From a virus (Duplodnaviria > Heunggongvirae > Uroviricota > Caudoviricetes), in the IMG/VR virus record IMGVR_UViG_3300021440_000016: a stretch of DNA of 64,000 bases; one strand, written 5' to 3'. How positions within the stretch are numbered: position 1 is the first letter of the stretch; each line of letters begins with the position of its first letter. The notes beneath the pieces are model-generated. The model did no database searches. It saw only the letters and a program-made list of their open reading frames with translations, and was not told where the DNA came from. The translations under genes and the position numbers were made by a program. Positions 9,723 through 18,113 of the stretch are shown piece by piece.

Positions 9723-9968
9723 ATGAGTAAGCTGACTGAGGCGGCGGAGAAGTACGTTCTGACCGAAATTGACCCAAGTGATTACGTCAATTCAGCACCG
9801 GATGAGCTGGCTAAGAGACTGTTTGAAGCCGGAGCCCGCTGGATGCTGGAGGAGGCGGCTAATTTAGCGCACGCTCGGTCAAGGAGAAGCATTGCCACAG
9901 AAGGAGCTATTGTTTGCGCGGAGGAGCTTGAAGCGGAAATCCGCGCCCTTGGAGGTTCCGATGAGTAA
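9723..9968 (+). CDS. small protein, paralog of 4445..4648
   Basis: MSKLTEAAEKYV...EIRALGGSDE; the 3' 25 nt are identical to the paralog. Confidence 0.45.
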   Translation: MSKLTEAAEKYVLTEIDPSDYVNSAPDELAKRLFEAGARWMLEEAANLAHARSRRSIATEGAIVCAEELEAEIRALGGSDE

Positions 9969-10221
9969 AGAGGTATTTGATTACATGATTGAACACTCTG
10001 GCGGCAGTTCCATTGATTTCAATGCGATGATTGCAGACATTAATCGAAGGGAAGCTGAACTCGCCAAGCTGCGTGCCCAGAATGAGGTGATGCGGGAGGC
10101 GCTGAAGGATTGGCTTGAATGGTATCCAGTCCACGACGGTAAAAGCTGCAACAACGACTGTCGTGTGTGCCGTGCTAAGAACGCCCTCACCCGCGTGAAG
10201 CAGATGGAGGATGGGAAATGA
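9961..10221 (+). CDS. hypothetical protein with CxxC pair
   Basis: Starts at the conserved junction; C-terminal CNNDCRVC. Confidence 0.4.
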   Translation: MSKEVFDYMIEHSGGSSIDFNAMIADINRREAELAKLRAQNEVMREALKDWLEWYPVHDGKSCNNDCRVCRAKNALTRVKQMEDGK

Positions 10222-10817
10222 GTAAGTGCAATTGCCTCGGCGTCGGTGTCCAAATCGACAACCTCGCCCCAAACACATCGAACATCCAACTGTGTACTTG
10301 TATCAAATCCGAAATGGCAGACCTCCGCGCCGAATTGCAGCGGGTAGAGCTGAAGCTGAAAGAAGTGGGGTCCAATAGGGATTACTTCAAGGGTGAGTTT
10401 CACTTTTATCATGCCGCTTGCTCCAATCAGGACAAAGAGATTGACCGCCTCCGAGAAGTGAACGAGAAGCTGAAGAGCAGTCTCTCTGAGAGACAAGGCC
10501 GCGTGCATGAGTTGAACGAAAAGTGCGACCGCCTCCAAGCCCGCTGCAATTCTCTGGAGCTATCCGCATCGGAGTGGAAGCAAGACGCCGACCGCCTCCG
10601 TGAGCAGCTTAGGTGCGTGATTCAAGCCGTGCAGGACCACGCGGAGTCCGGATGCATTGAGAACTCCCACGCGCTGTCTGAGAAGATTGAGGAAATCGAT
10701 CAACTCTGCGGGGACGGAGAGAATCCGTCGGTCCATATATGCCACGAAGCGCCGGAGCCAGAGACTCGCATTGAGCGCATGGCGGTGTGTCCGTTTTGCG
10801 GCGAGAAACTGAAGTAA
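10218..10817 (+). CDS. coiled-coil protein with C-terminal zinc ribbon
   Basis: Long heptad-like region ELKLKEVG...LREQL; CxxC...CPFCGEKLK. Confidence 0.45.
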   Translation: MSKCNCLGVGVQIDNLAPNTSNIQLCTCIKSEMADLRAELQRVELKLKEVGSNRDYFKGEFHFYHAACSNQDKEIDRLREVNEKLKSSLSERQGRVHELNEKCDRLQARCNSLELSASEWKQDADRLREQLRCVIQAVQDHAESGCIENSHALSEKIEEIDQLCGDGENPSVHICHEAPEPETRIERMAVCPFCGEKLK

Positions 10818-11151
10818 CGCCCACGGGCGGGGATGGGGCCTAGGCCGCACGCTTCCAGCTAACGCGCTTACGGTTCTTGTAGATAAAGGCAGGTGCTTAG
10901 ACTTTTGCTGGAGTTGGGTAAATGGGTGCTAAACAAAGCTAGAAATAGCCTCTACGGAAATAAACCCAGCCTGCTTTCCTTTATATTCTAGTAGTGTGGG
11001 GCATAGGCGGTAAAGACCGCCAGTTAATAAGGTTGTCTCGTCGGCGTGGAAGGACACGCCACGTGCTCGCTGTATTTCGAGGCGGGGTGCATCGCGCGGG
11101 TCATCGGATGAATTAGCCCAAGCCGGTATCAAGCCCGGCACGAGACAAAGG

Positions 11152-11226
11152 GCGGCGGGTGCTCAGTAGGAGTCTGAGTATAACAAGGGTTTTCGACCCG
11201 GTCCGCCGCTTTTTCTCTTTCTCTCC
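11152..11226 (+). terminator. extended hairpin followed by T/C-rich run
   Basis: GCGGCGG at 11152-11158 pairs with CCGCCGC at 11203-11209. Nested GCTCAG/CTGAGT stem. TTTTTCTCTTTCTCTCC follows. Confidence 0.35.
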
Positions 11227-11252
11227 TTTGTAATACGTGTTAAGCTGTACGT

Positions 11253-11705
11253 ATGAGACTTTGGACATTACACCCCTCTCTTCTCGACTCTAAAGGCCTT
11301 GTTGCTTTATGGCGAGAAGGGTTAGGCGCACAGGCTGCTCTTCATGAATTAACAAATGGCTATAGCAAGCACCCTCAGCTAAACCGCTGGCGAGGATATC
11401 TTGGCTCATTTTCTGTGTATATGAAATATGTGTATCGTGACTCTGCAGCTAGAGGGTACAATTTCCAGCAGTCTAAGCTTATTGACACTAAAGGGATGGG
11501 AGCCATTCCACTAATTGTGACAATAGGGCAGGTAAAATATGAACTGAAGCACTTGCTGACCAAATTGGAGCACAGAGATCCTAAACAATTTCATCTAATT
11601 ATAGAAATTCTGGCCAACTCTAAAGGCTCATATGATCTTCTAGTAAATCCCATTTTTGTAATTGACTATAACTGGGATAAAGTAGAGTCATGGGAAAAGG
11701 TATGA
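11253..11705 (+). CDS. denV: pyrimidine dimer DNA glycosylase (T4 endonuclease V / DenV family)
   Basis: N-terminus MRLWTLHPSLLDSKGLVALWRE aligns with T4 endoV [23 protein letters not shown], including the catalytic R-E. Confidence 0.65.
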   Translation: MRLWTLHPSLLDSKGLVALWREGLGAQAALHELTNGYSKHPQLNRWRGYLGSFSVYMKYVYRDSAARGYNFQQSKLIDTKGMGAIPLIVTIGQVKYELKHLLTKLEHRDPKQFHLIIEILANSKGSYDLLVNPIFVIDYNWDKVESWEKV

Positions 11706-11980
11706 AAAAGTATAAAGTAGAGTATTCACATAACAACTCTGGCGGGAGAGACTGGCTAACTAAAGATCATTGGGATAAACTTTTATCTTTAGGCTGGACT
11801 ATCTCCAGCGGATACGAATCATATATTTACAGTATTGAAAAGACATTCGAAGCTAAATCTGCAAGTAAAGCTGAAGATAAGGCTAGAGAAGAATGGAGCG
11901 AAATTACTGGACAATATGGTGATGAAGAAGGATGTAAATGCTGTGGACCTCCACATAGTTTTTACACAAGTGATGTATGA
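11690..11980 (+). CDS. hypothetical protein
   Basis: ORF; C-terminal CKCC. Confidence 0.35.
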   Translation: MGKGMKKYKVEYSHNNSGGRDWLTKDHWDKLLSLGWTISSGYESYIYSIEKTFEAKSASKAEDKAREEWSEITGQYGDEEGCKCCGPPHSFYTSDV

Positions 11981-12094
11981 AGTCATCGTTTAATATCTTT
12001 TTATCCCCCGAAGATGTTCGGTATAAACCCAGACTGATCCTGAAAGCCACAAAGAAACATAAGGATAAGAAAAAGTATTCAAGGAAAATAAAAC

Positions 12095-12295
12095 ATGAAG
12101 CGAAGCGTAATTATTGATATTATTATAAAGAATCTCCTAGCTAGAAACAACGGCCACTATAGCTATGACGAAAAAGAACATGCTGAACTAGTGCTGAACG
12201 CTATCGAAGACGCAGGAAGGCTTCCTCCAGTTGTTCCGTATCTTAATACTAAAACTAACCAGAGTGGCTACCTACACCAATGGGAGAATGAATAA
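12095..12295 (+). CDS. hypothetical protein
   Basis: ORF only. Confidence 0.3.
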   Translation: MKRSVIIDIIIKNLLARNNGHYSYDEKEHAELVLNAIEDAGRLPPVVPYLNTKTNQSGYLHQWENE

Positions 12296-12519
12296 TGTTC
12301 ATCACACTAACCGACATTATAAAGAATACTCAAATTCGAATTAACACTGCGCACATCATAGGCTATCAGCGTAACATGTCCGTTCATGATGGACAGGAGT
12401 ATACAGCAGTGTTTCTTACTGACAGAGAAGTTGGAGTAATTTTCGTAAACCAATCTCCTGAACAGATCGACAAGTTACTTGGAGAGTGCTTTATTACAGT
12501 AAAGCCCGAAATGACATGA
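12295..12519 (+). CDS. hypothetical small protein
   Basis: ORF only. Confidence 0.3.
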   Translation: MFITLTDIIKNTQIRINTAHIIGYQRNMSVHDGQEYTAVFLTDREVGVIFVNQSPEQIDKLLGECFITVKPEMT

Positions 12520-12713
12520 ATCAAGACGATTTTCAAAGCTTTATAAAGAGCAGAATCATCCCTGCTAAATGGCATATGTATGCAGCCATAGGGCAAACTC
12601 TATTTAATTTAAATATTATAGATGATAATAATTACCATATAGGCAGCGACACGAACAGTACCGCATATGTCGTAAAATGTATGATAAGAGACTATTGTGA
12701 AACTTATTGCTAG
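12486..12713 (+). CDS. small protein, FxDLxII-motif family
   Basis: Contains TLFNLNIIDDNNYHIG. Confidence 0.35.
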   Translation: MLYYSKARNDMNQDDFQSFIKSRIIPAKWHMYAAIGQTLFNLNIIDDNNYHIGSDTNSTAYVVKCMIRDYCETYC

Positions 12714-12936
12714 TTCGTATTATCCCCAATTACCAACGATAGAAGCCTTACTAAAGGCTCCACACAATGTAGGAAGACAACTTTCCGAGCTTGCGGCTGT
12801 TATTTCTGTTGCAACTGGCATTCCACTTGTGGCAATATGTATCATAGTGGAGAAGATTCAAGGTCAAAGCGAGGAGCTTACTCAGCAGAAACAGAGACTG
12901 ATTGAGTTTTACGGATATACCGAGATTATTGAATGA
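12697..12936 (+). CDS. hypothetical protein
   Basis: ORF only. Confidence 0.3.
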   Translation: MKLIASSYYPQLPTIEALLKAPHNVGRQLSELAAVISVATGIPLVAICIIVEKIQGQSEELTQQKQRLIEFYGYTEIIE

Positions 12937-13202
12937 GTACTTTTTATTATACAGAAGAGGAAGCAAAACAAGTATTTGTTATCCTCAGACAGTTAAAGGT
13001 GCATAATAAACGTATTCATAGTTTTGTGGAATTAAACTATTTAGAACCTATTTATGATTCTTTGTCTGATCTTTTCAAAGCCACATACGGCGAGGGTATC
13101 CTAGACACATTAAAATACGGAACCGCCTTCACCGCAACATACAAAGGCACTTGGAATTCAATTTCAACTCCTATTGCTTTGTGTCCCGATAACGAGGAAT
13201 AA
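12933..13202 (+). CDS. hypothetical protein
   Basis: ORF only. Confidence 0.3.
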   Translation: MSTFYYTEEEAKQVFVILRQLKVHNKRIHSFVELNYLEPIYDSLSDLFKATYGEGILDTLKYGTAFTATYKGTWNSISTPIALCPDNEE

Positions 13203-14312
13203 ATGAGTAAGTCACTTAAGCTAAGTCACTCAGCTACTAGAATGTATTCTCAATGTAGCCGTAAGTATCAGCTACATTATCAAAAGCGGTTTCGCTCAAA
13301 GCTCACATCAGGCGCCCTGCTATTCGGTAGCTCCATGGACCATGCCCTTAATGATCTCTTAGAGCATCGTAATCTAGACCAAGCGCTAAAGCTATTTGAC
13401 AAGAGCTTTCGCTTTAACTTCATTAACAAAGTAGGTACTTATCTCCCTGAAACTACTCTTGTAACCTACGCTAAATCAGATTTTGACACAGACTTACTGA
13501 CTGAAGAGGACATTAAAAAATTTAATGAAAAACAATATGAATGGAATGTTTACCTTTCTAAGTCGATTGGAGAAGTCGTTTCTGTTCTACAGGCTAAGAA
13601 AGCTGAATCGGGCTTTAATTCTCTTTCTGAAGAAGAGAAAAAGGCCCTGAACCTTGCAAACTGGCTATGCCTTAACCGCAAAGGCCAGATCATGATCAAA
13701 AGCTACTACGAAAAGGCTCTACCTAAGATCAAAAACGTACTAGCTATTCAAAAACAAGTAGAAGTGGGCAATCAAGAAGGCGACAAGCTCATTGGTTATA
13801 TCGATCTTATTGTAGAAACTCAGGACGGCAAGCGATACGTGATGGATAATAAGACTTCTTCTATTGAGTATGAAGCTAATTCCGCACAACGAAGTCAGCA
13901 GCTTATTCTGTACTATCACATTACTAAACAAGAGTATAAGCTAGACGGCGCCGGTTTTATTGTGATGATGAAGCACATACTTAAGAACAAGGTTAAAACC
14001 TGCTCCAAGTGCCAGTACGATGGATCTGGTGGAAGACATAAGACCTGCGCCAATGAGATTGACGGTAAACGTTGCGGAGGGGAATGGATTGAAGTCATTA
14101 ACCCTGAAGCTCGTATTGAGTGGATTACTAATGAGGTGCCAGAAGCGGCAGAAAATCTAGTAATGGAAACTTTCGATGAAGCTAACTGGGGCATTAAGAA
14201 TAACATCTTTGGTCCAAACCTCGGAGCCTGCTTCAATGGCCCTATTGTGTGTGAGTTTGCTAAATACTGCTGGGAAGGTTCCAAGGAAGATCTAGTAGAG
14301 TTGCATGATTAA
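13203..14312 (+). CDS. PD-(D/E)XK nuclease with Fe-S cluster (Cas4/RecB-like phage exonuclease)
   Basis: GYIDLIVETQDGKRYVMDNKTSS is a D...ExK motif. One N-terminal Cys plus C-terminal CSKC...C...C cysteines. Confidence 0.6.
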   Translation: MSKSLKLSHSATRMYSQCSRKYQLHYQKRFRSKLTSGALLFGSSMDHALNDLLEHRNLDQALKLFDKSFRFNFINKVGTYLPETTLVTYAKSDFDTDLLTEEDIKKFNEKQYEWNVYLSKSIGEVVSVLQAKKAESGFNSLSEEEKKALNLANWLCLNRKGQIMIKSYYEKALPKIKNVLAIQKQVEVGNQEGDKLIGYIDLIVETQDGKRYVMDNKTSSIEYEANSAQRSQQLILYYHITKQEYKLDGAGFIVMMKHILKNKVKTCSKCQYDGSGGRHKTCANEIDGKRCGGEWIEVINPEARIEWITNEVPEAAENLVMETFDEANWGIKNNIFGPNLGACFNGPIVCEFAKYCWEGSKEDLVELHD

Positions 14313-14517
14313 CACTTTAAAGAATTTTTTTGCTCGTTGGCTAAAAAAAGACAATGATATGTCTGTTAAAGTAATTCTTGCGCTAGAAGCTTACCACAGA
14401 ACCCAACTACCCCTTGAGGCTCGACTGTGGATAGAGTGCAGCACACTTGGTATGTCGTATGGGATTATTACCGGATTTGACTACATCCGGACGGCTGAAA
14501 ATTTAGATATTCTATAA
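14305..14517 (+). CDS. small protein, possible motif-family member
   Basis: Contains LGMSYGIITGFDYI. Confidence 0.3.
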   Translation: MINTLKNFFARWLKKDNDMSVKVILALEAYHRTQLPLEARLWIECSTLGMSYGIITGFDYIRTAENLDIL

Positions 14518-14586
14518 ACTACGCTAAAACCCAAATATGGGAGATTTGTGCTTGTTTTTATTGTTAAGGTATTATAGACTATACAC

Positions 14587-14859
14587 ATGAAAGTGAAAAT
14601 GAAAACCGTAGAAGTTAGCTGTAACGAATACCGCGAGAGATTTAAAAAAAATTGGGAGTTCTACGCCCTTGCTGGCGATTCTTATCTCAATGGATTTAAA
14701 GACGCGGTGGATATGCTCACCGAAATGTTAGCTCACGATAATAATGCTCTTACCGCGCTCTATCATGTGGGTCAACAGGTTGTAGAAATTGAATTCAATA
14801 ATGGAAGTCACCAGATTGGAGCTAAAATGAGCGACAAGGTGCAGGAGACTACCGCTTGA
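14587..14859 (+). CDS. hypothetical protein
   Basis: ORF only. Confidence 0.35.
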   Translation: MKVKMKTVEVSCNEYRERFKKNWEFYALAGDSYLNGFKDAVDMLTEMLAHDNNALTALYHVGQQVVEIEFNNGSHQIGAKMSDKVQETTA

Positions 14860-15542
14860 GTCAGATCCAAGTTGAATTACAGGAATCGATGGGTAGCGAC
14901 CGCCGAATTGCCGAATCTGCTTGGACCTCCAGCAGTACGCATGACACCAAACTTACTAAGACCGACCAACAGGTGGCTGACTTAGTAAACCGACTAGCTA
15001 ACGAAGGCCATGCTACACCGTTTGAAGCAGTAGTACTGCGCTTCTGGATTAAAATGCCTATTGCAACAGATCGTCAGCACATGACACATCGAATTGCTTC
15101 CCATAACGGAATGTCTGGACGTTATAGAACCATGCCTAGCGAATTTCTAGCAATGCCAGATGAAATTGTATCTATTCTTGATAAGTGTATGCACTCTGAC
15201 AAAGTAAAACAAGACTATGAAGACTTGTGCCTTAACGCTAATATGTGGTACTCTCAAGTAATGGCAATGGTTAAGGCTAACTATTCTACGGGTAACTTTA
15301 CCAATCCAGAGTACAAGCGAATTAGGGAGTTCCTAAGAGGGGTACTTCCCCAGCACAACATGACCGAGCGGGTTACCGTGATGAATCTTCGTAGCTTTGC
15401 GAACTATCAGCGTTTACGCAATTCGGAGCACGCTCAACCGGAAATTAGAGAAGTATCAAGGTTAATGCTAGAAGCAGTTAAGGCGGCTAACGTTTGTCCA
15501 ATTGCTCTAGCTGCACTAGAGCGCCTTGGTTGGCAGATCTAG
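14856..15542 (+). CDS. thyX: FAD-dependent thymidylate synthase ThyX
   Basis: THRIASHNGMSGRY matches the ThyX signature RHR-x7-S...RY. Confidence 0.65.
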   Translation: MSQIQVELQESMGSDRRIAESAWTSSSTHDTKLTKTDQQVADLVNRLANEGHATPFEAVVLRFWIKMPIATDRQHMTHRIASHNGMSGRYRTMPSEFLAMPDEIVSILDKCMHSDKVKQDYEDLCLNANMWYSQVMAMVKANYSTGNFTNPEYKRIREFLRGVLPQHNMTERVTVMNLRSFANYQRLRNSEHAQPEIREVSRLMLEAVKAANVCPIALAALERLGWQI

Positions 15543-15551
15543 GCTGGTAAT

Positions 15552-15767
15552 ATGATTAGATTTCCTGACGAGGGCTGTACTGTAGACGGCTATCCAAAAT
15601 CAGAACGAGTTTTAGAAGATGTGTTGTATTGTGAACTTGTTTTTATATTTTTCAATTTACAAATAGCAGAAAATAAATTATGCTGGATTAACAACTGTAC
15701 TGGAAAAGAAGCAAAGCTTAAAGACGCCTTATGGGGTTATAGTTATGACAAAACGAATGAAGAATGA
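15552..15767 (+). CDS. small protein, motif-family-like
   Basis: Contains FIFFNLQIAENKL. Confidence 0.3.
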   Translation: MIRFPDEGCTVDGYPKSERVLEDVLYCELVFIFFNLQIAENKLCWINNCTGKEAKLKDALWGYSYDKTNEE

Positions 15768-15984
15768 ACATGTAGGGGAATCTGTAGTTACACCAGATCT
15801 TACTCATACCGCACTAGGAGTTTACAAAGACGAAGAAACGGGTAAGTGGCAGATCGCTAAGATGAAGTTTAATCCAGAAACTGGCTCTGTAGGTGAGTTT
15901 GAGCGGATTATTAGCGATGAAGGCAGCAAAGAAGCCGTAATTTATAAATTTAAGATTCAAGCCGCGATGGACGTTCTTAAGTAA
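15745..15984 (+). CDS. hypothetical protein
   Basis: ORF only. Confidence 0.35.
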   Translation: MTKRMKNEHVGESVVTPDLTHTALGVYKDEETGKWQIAKMKFNPETGSVGEFERIISDEGSKEAVIYKFKIQAAMDVLK

Positions 15985-15996
15985 TAAGGAGAAACA

Positions 15997-16587
15997 ATGA
16001 AAACTAGCGAATCAATCAAACAGTTAGCCGCAGCTATAAATCGGGCTCAGAAGAAGATCGGGGCAGCGGTTAAAGGCAATAGCAATCCTTTCTTCAAGAG
16101 CAAGTACGCCGACCTTGGAGCGGTAATGGAGGCTTGTAAAGAACACCTTAACGCAGAAGGTATCACTGTTCTTCAACCCGTACACTCGGATGAAACTGGA
16201 GATTATGTAGAAACTGTGCTCCTTCATGACTCTGGTGAATTCATGTCATCTCGCATGCGAATGCTTCCGAGTAAGAACATGCAGGAACTGGGTAGTGCAA
16301 CTAGCTACGCTCGTCGCTACGGGCTACAGAGCATGGTATTCATTCCAGCAGAAGATGATGATGGAAATCACAGCACCTTCGGTAAAGCTGCTCCTGAAAA
16401 GACGGCTCCTAAGCCCGCAGCTAAGCAGGAAGTCAAAGCAGAGCCCGCTACGGCTGCATTGGCAGCCTTCGCAGCTGCTACCCCGGCATCTCCTTCTGCT
16501 CAAGAAGCACCTAAGCGCTCTAGCTTCAGGAAGCCAGCAGCTCCGGCGGCAGCTCAACCGGTAACGTCAGACGATGGCTGGGAATAA
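15997..16587 (+). CDS. ERF-family single-strand annealing protein
   Basis: NPFFKSKYADLGAV is the ERF core; Ala/Pro-rich linker; acidic C-terminal SDDGWE tail. Confidence 0.6.
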   Translation: MKTSESIKQLAAAINRAQKKIGAAVKGNSNPFFKSKYADLGAVMEACKEHLNAEGITVLQPVHSDETGDYVETVLLHDSGEFMSSRMRMLPSKNMQELGSATSYARRYGLQSMVFIPAEDDDGNHSTFGKAAPEKTAPKPAAKQEVKAEPATAALAAFAAATPASPSAQEAPKRSSFRKPAAPAAAQPVTSDDGWE

Positions 16588-16589
16588 GT

Positions 16590-16847
16590 ATGAATGAAAC
16601 CCTAACGGCCCTAACTGGCATATCCGATGCTACTACCAGTACTTCCAACTCCTCACTAATTGGTTCAATCAGTACCATTGGATATCCATACACCACAGCA
16701 TACGATAATTCTACTTATCAATTCCAGATTCGTAGAGTAGCCAATGGTTGGATTGTAAAGAACCATAATACTGAGTATGTATTTACTACCGTAAACCAGT
16801 TAACTGGCTTTATTGAAAAAACTCTAACAGAAGAGAAAAAGAAATGA
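16590..16847 (+). CDS. hypothetical protein
   Basis: ORF only. Confidence 0.35.
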   Translation: MNETLTALTGISDATTSTSNSSLIGSISTIGYPYTTAYDNSTYQFQIRRVANGWIVKNHNTEYVFTTVNQLTGFIEKTLTEEKKK

Positions 16848-17272
16848 CTTATACAGCAGAAGAAACTCAAGCACTAATGGAAGCTCAAAGTGCACCAGTA
16901 GCTCAAGAAGAGAAGCTGACAGCTCCAGAACCAGCTCCTGCTGGAAATGCTGCTACGCCGGAAGATATCGCGAGCAGCTTCTACACGCTATTTCATGCTA
17001 AGGTAGCACAAGGCGTTCAGCACCTCTCCAACAAGGATCTACGCCGCGTACTAATGGCACTAGTCGAAGTGCCACATCTTCGATCAGAGCATGGAATTAC
17101 GGACGAAGCTGCTAAGAATGTGTATTTATGGACCGATCAGCTACTGAAGAGTAAGATCATGATGGAACTTAGCGTTCTTTATGCTTCGGGGGTTCTAGAT
17201 CAGATTCCAGAAACTATTGACAATCCAGTAGAAGTAAGTCATACTGAAGAAAAGGAAGTAAACAATGTCTGA
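16844..17272 (+). CDS. hypothetical protein
   Basis: ORF only. Confidence 0.4.
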   Translation: MTYTAEETQALMEAQSAPVAQEEKLTAPEPAPAGNAATPEDIASSFYTLFHAKVAQGVQHLSNKDLRRVLMALVEVPHLRSEHGITDEAAKNVYLWTDQLLKSKIMMELSVLYASGVLDQIPETIDNPVEVSHTEEKEVNNV

Positions 17273-17540
17273 AAAGAAGAAAACTAAGCGTCGTGTTATT
17301 GGCTCTGTGCTAGCTAGCAAGGATAACCCAAAGGAAACTTACATTAAGATTCGAGAAGACATAACCCTATCAAAGGGAGTTACTCTCCGACTTGAAAGTA
17401 AGAGGAGCCAGCTAGAGAGCGTAGAAGCCGCTATGGCTGCTGGCAAGCTTTCAGAGGAAATGGGAGAAAAGATCAAAGAACGCATTTCAAAGATCCCGGA
17501 TTGGGTTAAGTTTGAAATTGTTCAATTTCTTAGCGAGTAA
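17265..17540 (+). CDS. hypothetical basic protein
   Basis: ORF only. Confidence 0.4.
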   Translation: MSEKKKTKRRVIGSVLASKDNPKETYIKIREDITLSKGVTLRLESKRSQLESVEAAMAAGKLSEEMGEKIKERISKIPDWVKFEIVQFLSE

Positions 17541-17588
17541 TCCCTAGAGAGCCGTCCTCCTCCGGCATTCCCCCTTTCTCTAGGTGTT

Positions 17589-17629
17589 GGGCGTAGATTG
17601 ATCCTTTCCGGTCTACGCCCTCTTATTTT
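17589..17629 (+). terminator. intrinsic terminator
   Basis: Perfect 9-bp stem GGGCGTAGA/TCTACGCCC with a 14-nt loop, followed by TCTTATTTT. Confidence 0.6.
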
Positions 17630-17637
17630 AAGGACTT

Positions 17638-17865
17638 ATGAATTTATTTAAACAGCCAGAAGATATTGTGGGCATGAGGCAGTGGTTTGAAAGTCACGGA
17701 TACCTGACGCCACATAATGCATATTATCCTTATGTCCTTGAGATTTTTTATAATTTAGCTATAGTTGAAACCGATCTTTTTACAGTTGGGGAAGGAACCA
17801 AGCAGGATAAGAGAATAAAAGAGAGCATCAGCAGTAGGCATAATAAGATTCATAAAGAACAGTAA
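17638..17865 (+). CDS. small protein, FxDLxII-motif family
   Basis: Contains IFYNLAIVETDLFTVG. Confidence 0.35.
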   Translation: MNLFKQPEDIVGMRQWFESHGYLTPHNAYYPYVLEIFYNLAIVETDLFTVGEGTKQDKRIKESISSRHNKIHKEQ

Positions 17866-17874
17866 CTAAGTCCA

Positions 17875-18087
17875 ATGATGAAGTACAAAGGCTTTCAAAA
17901 ATACGTTAGAGAGACCTTCTCATCGGATTTATGGTATTTTGCGGATACCTGTGTTATTTTATATAATTTGAGTATCCTGCAGGAAGATGCACCGCAGCTG
18001 GGTTGCCAAATCTGTGAAAAGATTAGCGAAGAACATTCTAAGTTTGTAAGACAGTATCGTCTTCTTGACTTACAAACCGTAATCTGA
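17875..18087 (+). CDS. small protein, FxDLxII-motif family
   Basis: Contains ILYNLSILQEDAPQLG. Confidence 0.35.
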   Translation: MMKYKGFQKYVRETFSSDLWYFADTCVILYNLSILQEDAPQLGCQICEKISEEHSKFVRQYRLLDLQTVI

Positions 18088-18113
18088 TAAGTTAATAGCA
18101 ACGAGGAGAACCA

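Noticed and set aside
10818-11252. Group I self-splicing intron
   Set aside because: No split host gene flanks the region, and I could not recognise P/Q/R/S core elements by eye. Kept only as a structured noncoding region finding.
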